Shown: positions 39,751 through 49,299, counted from the whole stretch's first letter. The stretch: DNA of 59,380 nt, filler included, from 3 parts of 3 records of this genome joined end to end with filler, not necessarily neighbours in it, one strand, 5' to 3'. The notes: generated from the letters alone by a model not told the origin. Made by a program: numbers and translations.

Positions 39751-40245
39751 TTACTTAAATAATCCCTTCCCCATATCCATCAGTCCGCCTAGATCCATTC
39801 CTCCTTTGCCACCGCCGCCTAGAAGTGAGCCTAGTAAATCCGATGTCCCTACTTTACCTTGACCTCCCTGAAGTGAGGAAACAATAGACGACATGATGTC
39901 ATTATTGTCCTGTGGGGCGTCATTTACACGCTTGTTGAAGAAATTCATTATCATAGGCAGTGCAGCTGCAGCAATTCCCATAGCTTGCTCCTTAGAGATG
40001 CCCAATTTGTCCATCAGGTTTTGAGATACATCGCCTTGAAGACTATTGATGACTGGGGCACCTGGAGAGGTTTCTTTTCCAGAAAACATTTCCATAATGG
40101 CATCTGTATCACCTGATGATACTCGTTTCTGAAGGCTATTCGTGAGAGAATCTTTGATGGCTGAGGCGCTTGCCTTGTCCTGATTCATTCCTTCAAGCAT
40201 TTCTTGAAGCGGACCTTCCGCTAATTTTAACAATTGATCTAACAT
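39751..40245 (-). CDS. Gly-rich DUF937/YidB-like helical protein
   Basis: MLDQLLK, KLGISKEQA..IAAAALP, GG-rich C-terminus. Confidence 0.7.
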   Translation of the reverse strand: MLDQLLKLAEGPLQEMLEGMNQDKASASAIKDSLTNSLQKRVSSGDTDAIMEMFSGKETSPGAPVINSLQGDVSQNLMDKLGISKEQAMGIAAAALPMIMNFFNKRVNDAPQDNNDIMSSIVSSLQGGQGKVGTSDLLGSLLGGGGKGGMDLGGLMDMGKGLFK

Positions 40246-40392
40246 GATTTCAAAAATTTGTTTGATGTAATTTCTTTAAAATGGACTTAGATTCCAATTT
40301 AATTCCTTTTTAAAACATCTAAATTCTAGGAATGCTTACATGAAAAAGTAATAGTCAAGCTTAATGTCTATAAACTGTAGAATTGGTATTGT

Positions 40393-41061
40393 TTATTTCC
40401 CACCAAAATTTTGAACCCCAATAAGGTAAGGAACATTGAAAAATTCCTTATTTCCATAAACACTAGCCCCACATCCTAACTTGGTGAAACGAGGATTTAG
40501 AATGCTCTTTCTGTGGCTGGGAGAATTCATCCACATCCTTACTGCTTCCTTAGCATAGCTAAGATAAGTATGCGGCAAAATCACCTCACGCTTTGAACTG
40601 GCATAAGTATACATTCCCCCAGATTTGGGAATATTGATTTTTCTACCGTCTTGATATTGCAGACCAATACTTGAGCTAATATTTTCACCTACTAACACTG
40701 AGGGTAATCCTTCAAGTGCAAATCGATCATTGACTGTCTTTTTGCCTTTTACCTGACTTACATGGGAATAGAATTGGAAAGTAACCATATCGGCAGCGTG
40801 ACCTGAAGCAACTCTTTCAATAGCGTCCGAATGCTCAAAGGGAGGTAAACCATATTTGACTCGTTCCAAATTGGTCACATGAAACATCGCCGCTTGAAGT
40901 AGTCCTCTGTCCATCTTCTTATAATTGATGGTTTGATGAACCGCAGCAAGCTGCAGAAACTCTTCTTGGGTAAAGCGTTTATAATCCGAAGGGATCCAGG
41001 TCTGAGCTGCCAAGGAATGGGCAAATAGAACAAAAACTAAGAGCAGGAATCGGGTACGCAA
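40393..41061 (-). CDS. CAP (SCP) domain exported protein
   Basis: TNLERVKYGLPP, HAADM, YSH, GENI, WMNSPSHRKSIL, LGCG, QNF. Confidence 0.9.
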   Translation of the reverse strand: MRTRFLLLVFVLFAHSLAAQTWIPSDYKRFTQEEFLQLAAVHQTINYKKMDRGLLQAAMFHVTNLERVKYGLPPFEHSDAIERVASGHAADMVTFQFYSHVSQVKGKKTVNDRFALEGLPSVLVGENISSSIGLQYQDGRKINIPKSGGMYTYASSKREVILPHTYLSYAKEAVRMWMNSPSHRKSILNPRFTKLGCGASVYGNKEFFNVPYLIGVQNFGGK

Positions 41062-41350
41062 GGAATACTAGTTTGGCAATTGTTACGGGTATATTCTGAA
41101 GAATAGACGATCCCTAAGCCAAAATATTTTATAGGAATAGGTGGATTTGTTTGATATCGAACAAAATCTCTGTTCAGAATCGTAACACGATGTTTTACTG
41201 GGTTCTCCCTAGTGTGCTATTATTCAATTATTTATAATTCCAGTTGATGCTATTTTCGCCAATTTGAGAAGGATGTTTTGCACAAAAATGCAGGTGGACT
41301 TTTATGTCAGGCGCGTATACCTTGTTTTATTTACGATTGGAGATTTTTTA

Positions 41351-41498
41351 ATAGGTACCCGCTTTTCTACCAGAAAGGTGGCAAAAGCAATGCAAGACAT
41401 TTTAAACTTAAGATTGAGGCCACTTCGGGTTTCGGTCCTCCAACCTGATAAGCAAAGAACCTAAGGTGACTGGCCTCATTACGGATAGTCATATTTTT
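41351..41498. repeat. Dispersed structured intergenic element, copy 2
   Basis: Homologous to 39572-39747 in the same orientation; TGAGGCC/GGCCTCA stem. Confidence 0.85.
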
Positions 41499-41782
41499 TA
41501 TAATCCGGTTTACTAGGATTTCTCCTTTGTATTATTCTAAGTGATTTGCTTTAACTGCCAGATTATTTGGCATTAATGACATTTTTTAAGCAATAAATTT
41601 TAATTTGTAGGGAGTTTTCAGATTGGACTATCTGACGAAAATGTCCTGATTTTTCCATAGGTTTTTGAAAACTCCCAGATGATTTTTTTTTCATCTCCAG
41701 CATAATACAAGGGCAATGCACGATGAATATCTGCTTACCTAATTGAAATGTTTCAGTTCTCTTAACCAAACAATTTTTACCT

Positions 41783-44700
41783 ATGGCTATTTTGAAAATT
41801 AAGCTGAAAGGACAAGATCATTCTTCATTTCACAAAGGCGATGATAGCGGCTTTGAACTCTACCAATTTGCACAAGCTTTTACGATAGAAAGCCCAACGA
41901 GAGGCGACGTACCTGAGCAGGTCCTCGAACTAGATGAAAATCACATTGTTGAATTTGATTTTGAGGATGAGACTGTCTGGATGGGGGATAATGAGACTAT
42001 TAAAACGCTATTCCCGTTGGAGGTAAAGCGCTCTGCAGATGGAGATGAGCTCTACCTTCCAGATGAGCTGGAGTCTGATGAGCAGGATAGGGGCGTATTC
42101 AAAAAGATAGGGATTAAGCTCTTGAAAGTCTTCGTAAAAAAGAAGATTATTCAACCCAAAATTAAAGAACTGGCGAGAAACCTTGAGGATAAGCAATTGG
42201 CATTTACTGGGGAGGATTTCAAAAAGGTGAGGCATGGACTGTTAATAGCTTGTTCTCCCAAAATCGAACTTACTCCACTTAAATTTAGCAAGAATAATGT
42301 GGCTGAGCTAGATGTGAAAAGTCGGCATTTGCTCTTGCTTCACGGTACGGGTTCATCTACTGAAGGTTCCTTTGGGGAGCTAAAGGAATCCGATGAGTGG
42401 CTGAATTTGATTCAGAAATATGGTAAAGAGCATTTGATTGCTTTTCAGCACAGAACATTGACTACCAGTCCTCTTGAGAATATTCTTGAACTGGTTTTGA
42501 GTCTTCCGTCAGGTATTCAATTGGATCTTTTGAGTCATTCCCGTGGTGGATTATTGGCGGATTTATTGGCAAGATTTTCTACAAGTCCTGAGGGGTTTGA
42601 TGAAATAGAAAAGGCCCTTTTAGATAAACATGAGAGGTCTTCAGATCTCAAAACAATTGCGGAAATCAGAGATATTCTTCAAGCGAAAAAAATAACCATT
42701 CGCTCGATGGTCCGTGTAGCCAGCCCGGCCAATGGTACCACACTAGCCTCAAGTCGTTTAAATATTTTCTTGAATGTGACATTCAACTTACTAGGCCTAG
42801 CGGTAGGTCATGTGGGCAACCCAATCTACGTTGCATTCAAGGAGTTTATCATGGAAGCTGTCGCCTGCAAAGATGACGTGGATATTTTGCCAGGTTTGGA
42901 AGCAATGAATCCCAAATCCCCTTTCATCAAAGCGATGAATTATCAGGCCTCCGACATTGAAATTAAGTTTCCACTTTTCGTGGTAGGCGGCAGTAGCGAA
43001 TTGAGTTTGAGTTTTAAGACGCTGGTAGTGATTTTGGGTAAGTTTTTCTTTATGAAGAAAAATGACCTGGTAGTCGATACAGAAAGTATGAAATGGGGGG
43101 CAAGACGCTCCTCAGGAAATGTTGCTGTTTATATTCAGAAAAGCGGAGTTATCAATCACTTCAAATACTTTTCAAACCCAGATACTGTCAAAGCTTTGGT
43201 CACTGGCTTAGCTGCGGAAGTAGGGGATATTCCGGATAGTTTTGAATTGAAATTAGTTGATAAGGATAGAGGTGCAATAGAAATTGGAGCTTATAAAAAG
43301 GATAAGGTCTCTGGATCCCGGCCGATTGCTATTGTGATTCCAGGCATCATGGGGTCAAACATCGGCGAAAAGGATGAACTACTGTGGATTAATTATTGGC
43401 GATTCCTGAAGGGTGAATTAACAGGCTTGGCATATAATTCGGATTCAAAGTCTGGTTTATCTGCTCATTCATTGATCAAAACCTCCTACGGTAATTTGGG
43501 AGATAAACTTTCCGAGACCTATGATGTGGTTACCTTCCAATTTGATTGGAGAATTCCTTTGAAGAAAAGTGCTGAAGACTTCAAGACTAAAATTGAGGAA
43601 CTATTGGGTTTTAATCAACCCATTAAAATCGTAGCTCATAGCATGGGTGGAGTTTTGGTCAGGGATTTTATTGTTTATCATAAAGAAACCTGGCAAAAGC
43701 TCAATTCCTCTATTGGCTTCAGAGCTGTATTCCTAGGCTCACCACTGGGAGGTTCGTACCGAATTCCATATGTGCTTTTTGGCAAGGATAGCTTGATTCA
43801 ACTTTTGGGTAAAATAGATATTAGACACTCTACAAAGGAGCTTTTGGAAGTGTTCTGCAATTTCCCTGGAATACTTAATCTCTTGCCAATGAGCAATAAT
43901 ACTCGACATGATTTCTCCGATAGAAACTTATGGGAGCGCATGCGAGCTGCTTCGGGTGATGAATCCTGGCCAATTCCTTCTGCAACAGTTTTGGAGGAAT
44001 TTGGAAAGCATCAAAAAGTCGTGTTAGACAACATGGACAGCATTGATTATTCGAATATTACTTACATCGCAGGGCAAAGTGGAAAGAAAAGCTTCACAAT
44101 TTCCAACCTAGATATTGAGGATGGTGAGCTAGTGTTCTCTGCCACAAATGCAGGAGATGAGAGTGTAACATGGATGTCAGGGATTCCAAAGGCTTTTCAT
44201 GATAAAAACCAAGTTTACTATGCAAATGTGACGCATGGGGGACTTTCTAAGGAAAGGAGTCTTTTCGCTGCCATAGAAGATTTGTTGATTTTTGGAAGCA
44301 CTAAAAGGTTACAAAATAGCCTTCCTAAAACGCGTGGAGACGAAAAGGATTTTGCTCCTTCCGAAACTGAGGTATTTGATATCAGTGAAGAGAATGTGTT
44401 GAATACCATTTTGGGAATAGAAGAAGTAGCTGAAAAATGGCAGGAAGAAAAACCTATACTGGTATCCGTAAGCCATGGAGACTTGAAATATGCTAAGTAC
44501 CCGGTGTTGGCAGGTCATTTTGAGTTTGATGCCATTCTTACCACAGAACATGCGATAGACCGTCAACTTGATGGTGAGCTTGCCAGATTACATGGATTAG
44601 GACTTTATCCGGGGCCTATCGGTACGAATCAGATTGTATTAAATGAAAACTTTACCAAATCCACCTTCAAAGGAGGTCTGATTATCGGCTTGGGCGTGCC

Positions 44701-47125
44701 TGGAGAATTATCAGGATTTGCGTTGATGAATTCGGTGGAGAAAGGCGTTGCTCGATACTTGACAATAAAAAAGGAAAATACTGATGTTCAAAATGATGGA
44801 GCTATTTCTGCAACTACTGGCATTTCAGTGATTGCTATCGCGAATGCCTATGGAGGTTTATCCACCGAGAGTTCTATTCGAGCTATTATTCTTGGTATTC
44901 AGCGTGCTAATAGAAATATTAAGTCCGTCTATAATGGAAAAATTAGAGGCATAGAGGAAATAGAAATTATCGAAATATTTAACGATAAAGCCTTGTCTAT
45001 TTTGAAAACCATTCAGCGTTTAGAAGTGGATGATAGCAAAGAGTTTAATGTGGCTTTCAAAGAGAAGGGGTTAAACTACAAACTAGGCAGACGCTGGAGA
45101 ATTCCTTATGAGAATACAAAGGACTGGTGGACTAGGGTGAGTGTATCCCATGAGTTGAAAATCAAAGAGCAGGGTGAGGTGGAAGAAGCTATTAAAATGT
45201 CCATTGCTTCTAACGGTGCAAGCGAAAAGGTGGAGTTTATGCCTACTAGCGACAAGACCCTGGATGTACTGCTCAAGAGAATGACTTTGGAAAACCAATA
45301 TTCCCCGGAAATAGCTAAAACAATGTTTGAGTTATTGATTCCATTTGAGTTTAAGGAAGAAGTAAAGCGTCTAAATAATGTCTCTTGGATATTGGATTTG
45401 CCTTCTGCAGAATATCCTTGGGAAATGATACAGGAAGATGTGGATGCAGTTCCGCTTTGTGTGCACACGGGTATGATTCGACAGTTGACCACCATGCAAT
45501 TCCGTAAAAAAATAGCGCGAGTTATAGAGAAATCGGCTCTGGTTGTCGGTGATCCTGTTCTTGATAAGTTTATGCCACAGTTACCTGGAGCTAAACGTGA
45601 AGCAGAAGCTGTTGTCAATATTCTCAAAAAAAATGATTACCAAATTCAGAGTTTGATAAGTAGTACTGCCTCTGATATTATCCTTAAGCTTTTTTCCAGG
45701 AATCATAAGATCATACATCTTGCTGGTCACGGAGTATTCAAACACGGTCCAAATCATTCTACCGGAATGGTGATTGGCAATGATACATTCTTGACGCCTG
45801 CTCAAATAGCAGGAATGAGCTCTTCGGCAGAATTAGTATTTGTGAATTGCTGCTACCTAGGGTTGATGGATAGGGGATCGGAGGAAAGAAGTCAGTACAG
45901 GAATAAGTTTGCAGCAAATATTGGTACTCAGCTAATCAACAATGGTGCTCGGGCGGTAATAGTGGCTGGCTGGGCAGTGGATGATGCAGCTGCCTTGGAA
46001 TTTTCTAAGCAATTCTATGAAAATATGTTTGATGGCCTTGGCTTTGGCGAAGCAGTAAAACGGGCTAGAAAAGTGATTTATAAGGATTACGGTCGAAGAA
46101 CGAATACCTGGGGTGCTTTTCAATGTTATGGAGATCCATTCTACAAGCTGTCAGAAGATGGAGTTTGGAGAAATAACGATGATGAACTGCTCGTCTGTGA
46201 AGAGGTTGAAATTGAGCTTCAAAATACATTGGAGTCAATGGATGCTAATGAATATTATCATGATGGAGTGCTCAGTCGACTTGATTCAGTAGTTGATATA
46301 ATGCAAAGCAGGAATATGCTTAATGATAGAATTCATGAGCTTTCTGCAAATATCTATGCGGGGCTTCAAGAATATGAGAAGTCTTGTAAGTGCTATGAGC
46401 AGCTCTTGAAATCCAAGAAATCAGCATTCACCATCAAGAGTTTTGAGCGGTATTGTAATACAAGTGTTAAGCTAGCACTTCAGCAATTTTCTTTGAAAAA
46501 GACAGGGCAAAAAGAGGCTGTGAAAATGATTGATAAAGTCATTGATGACCTAAGAGGATTGGCCAAGCATTTTGGGGAAAGTGCAGAGCGCTGGAGTTTG
46601 ATTGGAAGTGCTTACAAACGGAAAATGCACATTCTACAGGATGCCCCAATTAATGAATTATTGGAAGCAATGTCAGAGTCTATTAATGCCTATAAGCAAG
46701 CGAGTAAATTGTCTGATTATAAAGATGCCTATCCACTTACCAATTGGTTGACAATTACTAGGCTTCAACTTTTGTTGCAAGAGAAAGGTGGCCTGAAGAA
46801 AATTGATTTGGAGGCTAGAAAGGCGATTCAAAGAATCTATGATGACTTAAAAAGCAGTGATCAGAAGTCTGATGATTTTTGGAAAATGGCTCATTATGTA
46901 AACATCATGTTAACTCAATTCCTGATGGGCATTTCCGAGGCGAAGAAAGAAGATATTGTTAATGAATACCTGAAGCTTTGGAAGCTTGCAGGCAATAAAG
47001 GTCAAAAAATTGCAGAGTTAGAGCATTTTGAAATAGTTTCCTCGATGTTGGCAATAGTTAAATCTGAAGATAAATTGAAGTCGGACGTTAATGAAATTAT
47101 GAAAAAGCTTGAAGAATGTCTTTAA
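41783..47125 (+). CDS. 1780-aa multidomain protein: two alpha/beta-hydrolase (lipase/LCAT-like) domains, Macro/M17N-like domain, CHAT caspase-like protease, TPR-like C-terminus
   Basis: LLHGTGSS and SHSRGG (S253); IPGIMGS, FDWR, AHSMGG (S620), LGSPLGGS; CHAT PWEM, GDP, LPGAKREA, IHLAGHG (H1316), VNCC (C1356/1357), WAVDD, WGAFQCYGDP; helical tail SLIGSAYKR, YPLTN. Confidence 0.9.
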   Translation: MAILKIKLKGQDHSSFHKGDDSGFELYQFAQAFTIESPTRGDVPEQVLELDENHIVEFDFEDETVWMGDNETIKTLFPLEVKRSADGDELYLPDELESDEQDRGVFKKIGIKLLKVFVKKKIIQPKIKELARNLEDKQLAFTGEDFKKVRHGLLIACSPKIELTPLKFSKNNVAELDVKSRHLLLLHGTGSSTEGSFGELKESDEWLNLIQKYGKEHLIAFQHRTLTTSPLENILELVLSLPSGIQLDLLSHSRGGLLADLLARFSTSPEGFDEIEKALLDKHERSSDLKTIAEIRDILQAKKITIRSMVRVASPANGTTLASSRLNIFLNVTFNLLGLAVGHVGNPIYVAFKEFIMEAVACKDDVDILPGLEAMNPKSPFIKAMNYQASDIEIKFPLFVVGGSSELSLSFKTLVVILGKFFFMKKNDLVVDTESMKWGARRSSGNVAVYIQKSGVINHFKYFSNPDTVKALVTGLAAEVGDIPDSFELKLVDKDRGAIEIGAYKKDKVSGSRPIAIVIPGIMGSNIGEKDELLWINYWRFLKGELTGLAYNSDSKSGLSAHSLIKTSYGNLGDKLSETYDVVTFQFDWRIPLKKSAEDFKTKIEELLGFNQPIKIVAHSMGGVLVRDFIVYHKETWQKLNSSIGFRAVFLGSPLGGSYRIPYVLFGKDSLIQLLGKIDIRHSTKELLEVFCNFPGILNLLPMSNNTRHDFSDRNLWERMRAASGDESWPIPSATVLEEFGKHQKVVLDNMDSIDYSNITYIAGQSGKKSFTISNLDIEDGELVFSATNAGDESVTWMSGIPKAFHDKNQVYYANVTHGGLSKERSLFAAIEDLLIFGSTKRLQNSLPKTRGDEKDFAPSETEVFDISEENVLNTILGIEEVAEKWQEEKPILVSVSHGDLKYAKYPVLAGHFEFDAILTTEHAIDRQLDGELARLHGLGLYPGPIGTNQIVLNENFTKSTFKGGLIIGLGVPGELSGFALMNSVEKGVARYLTIKKENTDVQNDGAISATTGISVIAIANAYGGLSTESSIRAIILGIQRANRNIKSVYNGKIRGIEEIEIIEIFNDKALSILKTIQRLEVDDSKEFNVAFKEKGLNYKLGRRWRIPYENTKDWWTRVSVSHELKIKEQGEVEEAIKMSIASNGASEKVEFMPTSDKTLDVLLKRMTLENQYSPEIAKTMFELLIPFEFKEEVKRLNNVSWILDLPSAEYPWEMIQEDVDAVPLCVHTGMIRQLTTMQFRKKIARVIEKSALVVGDPVLDKFMPQLPGAKREAEAVVNILKKNDYQIQSLISSTASDIILKLFSRNHKIIHLAGHGVFKHGPNHSTGMVIGNDTFLTPAQIAGMSSSAELVFVNCCYLGLMDRGSEERSQYRNKFAANIGTQLINNGARAVIVAGWAVDDAAALEFSKQFYENMFDGLGFGEAVKRARKVIYKDYGRRTNTWGAFQCYGDPFYKLSEDGVWRNNDDELLVCEEVEIELQNTLESMDANEYYHDGVLSRLDSVVDIMQSRNMLNDRIHELSANIYAGLQEYEKSCKCYEQLLKSKKSAFTIKSFERYCNTSVKLALQQFSLKKTGQKEAVKMIDKVIDDLRGLAKHFGESAERWSLIGSAYKRKMHILQDAPINELLEAMSESINAYKQASKLSDYKDAYPLTNWLTITRLQLLLQEKGGLKKIDLEARKAIQRIYDDLKSSDQKSDDFWKMAHYVNIMLTQFLMGISEAKKEDIVNEYLKLWKLAGNKGQKIAELEHFEIVSSMLAIVKSEDKLKSDVNEIMKKLEECL

Positions 47126-47129
47126 GAAT

Positions 47130-48689
47130 TTAATTTCCAAAAACGGATTGAATAGCTTCTAGGTAATCAAATCCATGACCTTCAGTGGGTTCTATATAAT
47201 TACCTTCCAAATATTCGTTCCAGCAACAAACCATCACCGTGTTACCATTGCTGGAACGATATTTTTTTGAAGTCTGCTGCGCTTCTTTGAGCATGGCGGT
47301 GAATGAGTTCTTATCGCTGTGAACTCGATCTTTTTGAGGTTCACTGGGAACGCCTGAAGGTTGTGGCCAAGTGCCACCAGCAGGTCGCATATCCCAACCC
47401 ATGGCGGTAGGAACTTGGTATTCGAAACCCGGATCGTTTTTAAATTTCTCACTCCACATATTCCAATGACTTCTGTAAGTCTCTCGCATATCTGAATAAG
47501 ACTTATTGTCTTTATTCATAAAGTTGTGATACACATAAGCAGTCATTCCTTCAAAACCCATACTCTTTAACCTTGGGACATATTCCTGAAGCAGTTGCTT
47601 TTTCTGATAAGTTCCACCTTCCCAAGGTTTCTGAGAATTGTTAGCTTTCCACTGAGTAGGAAGCCCGTAAGCTCGTTCATTTTCAAGCATAGGACCAGCT
47701 GTGACTGCTATAAACTTAATGCCTGGTAAACCTGCTTTTTTGGCTGTTGCCTGCGAGAGGTCCAATAAATCCTTCAATTTCAGCCCATAATAAGCCGCTC
47801 GAGCCTCAGCATCTTGTGGAAAATAGAAGTAAACGATAGGTCGGCCATCTTTGCTTCTTAGATAATCCTCTCTACTAAAGTATTGATCTATCCAGAGTTG
47901 AGTGATTTTCTCATGTACTTTTAGGTATAGTTCTTTGTCTGGCTTCTCTCCCTCGTAATTTGCTTTTCTAGCCAGCTCTTCAGGAGCTCCGATTTTTAGC
48001 CAGGTCATCCAGCGCTCATCACTGTCATCACACCAGTTTATCGCCCATTTCATTTGCTTTGTTTTCGGAAGGCTAGCATTAACTTTTAGCATGACTTCCA
48101 GTTGATCGCCCCATTCTACCAGGCCCGGAACTTCCACTCTTCCATCTCGCTTGCTGTCACTTTTCCATCCTTTTGGATAGTATATTTTTGATTGTGGCCC
48201 AAAGTTCAGATGGTAATAGTAGTTCCTGCCAAAAAACCAATCGTATGCAAAAAAGTCAATTCCATAACTCTTCATGTATTCCAGCTGTTTTTTGATGACT
48301 TCCGGATCATCTCTTTTATAAAAGCCCTTCAATTCCTTAATTGGTTTTCTATCCAAATAGGGGCCTTCGTAGGGGTATTTGGCATTATAAATCCTTCCTT
48401 TTGGCCCCCAAATACCGCGGTTTTGTAAGCTTGAACAATCCTCTCTGCCAGTAAGACAGGACCAGAAACTATCGCGATCCACAGCTGGATCAGGGGAGGT
48501 GTTCCAAGAAGGCATGAAAAAAACACCTACTTGCTCATCACCTTCAGTAAGTATAGCGTTGTTTGAGTTTGTAAAACTGGCAAAACTTGCTTGTTGACTA
48601 GAAGCAACTTCCGTATTTTCTTTAGCTAAAAAAAGTACTATGGAAACAGTAATGATCGCTAAAAGAGAAAAAAGGGCAGATTTTAGCAT
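47130..48689 (-). CDS. Glycoside hydrolase family 99-like / WbsX domain protein
   Basis: N-terminal anchor; YGIDFFAYDWF, DGRPIV, GWDMRP, WNEYLEGNYIEP..GFDYLEAI. Confidence 0.8.
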   Translation of the reverse strand: MLKSALFSLLAIITVSIVLFLAKENTEVASSQQASFASFTNSNNAILTEGDEQVGVFFMPSWNTSPDPAVDRDSFWSCLTGREDCSSLQNRGIWGPKGRIYNAKYPYEGPYLDRKPIKELKGFYKRDDPEVIKKQLEYMKSYGIDFFAYDWFFGRNYYYHLNFGPQSKIYYPKGWKSDSKRDGRVEVPGLVEWGDQLEVMLKVNASLPKTKQMKWAINWCDDSDERWMTWLKIGAPEELARKANYEGEKPDKELYLKVHEKITQLWIDQYFSREDYLRSKDGRPIVYFYFPQDAEARAAYYGLKLKDLLDLSQATAKKAGLPGIKFIAVTAGPMLENERAYGLPTQWKANNSQKPWEGGTYQKKQLLQEYVPRLKSMGFEGMTAYVYHNFMNKDNKSYSDMRETYRSHWNMWSEKFKNDPGFEYQVPTAMGWDMRPAGGTWPQPSGVPSEPQKDRVHSDKNSFTAMLKEAQQTSKKYRSSNGNTVMVCCWNEYLEGNYIEPTEGHGFDYLEAIQSVFGN

Positions 48690-48759
48690 AATGGCTTTTT
48701 TTAAAAATAATTGATTCTCCTTAGAATTTAAAACTGTACGTTCGGTGGCTATCCCAGAT

Positions 48760-49299
48760 TTAAGTTAAGGTTTTTCTTAAAATCTGAATTCCACGATACT
48801 TGGGAAGAAGATTTTCGTACTCAAGGTGATAGGTGAAAAGCCATTCAAACCCCATTTTTCTATAGAATTTCTGCGCTTGCAATTGGGTGTCCATCACCTC
48901 CAGCCACATGTACTTCATACCACGTTCTCGTGCAGTAGCTTCCACCATTTTCATAAGCCTGGCTGCTATTCCTTTCCCTTGGAACTCCTTGCTAATATAA
49001 ATCCTGTGGAGGTGCAGGGAGTTTGGGAATTCAAATAAAGCCGGAGATTCTGGGTAATTATATTTCAAAATACCAATTTTCCAACCTTCAAAAAGCACGA
49101 AAAAATAATGGCTAGCTGGATTTTCCAAGTCTTTCTGATAAACTTCCGGTTTATACATCTGCTCTAGATACCAGTCACCAGAGTCTGACCAAATATGTTT
49201 ATACGAAGGAATATAAATATCCCGCATCAACTCAATAAGTTCAGGCTGGTCCTCTGCGGTGAGTTTTTGAATACTGATATCTTGGGTAAGCTTAATCAT
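48760..49299 (-). CDS. GNAT N-acetyltransferase
   Basis: LHRIYI..FQGKGIA..MWLEVM..AQKFYRKMGF. Confidence 0.92.
   Translation of the reverse strand: MIKLTQDISIQKLTAEDQPELIELMRDIYIPSYKHIWSDSGDWYLEQMYKPEVYQKDLENPASHYFFVLFEGWKIGILKYNYPESPALFEFPNSLHLHRIYISKEFQGKGIAARLMKMVEATARERGMKYMWLEVMDTQLQAQKFYRKMGFEWLFTYHLEYENLLPKYRGIQILRKTLT

Noticed and set aside
39572-41498. Repeated element as CRISPR repeat or hammerhead ribozyme
   Set aside because: Copies are dispersed, long and diverged with no spacers or cas genes; the CUGANGA hammerhead core is absent
41264-41769. ORF-track 66-aa and 68-aa ORFs upstream of the CHAT gene as partner or substrate genes
   Set aside because: Non-ATG starts and no recognisable motifs; the first overlaps the repeat element
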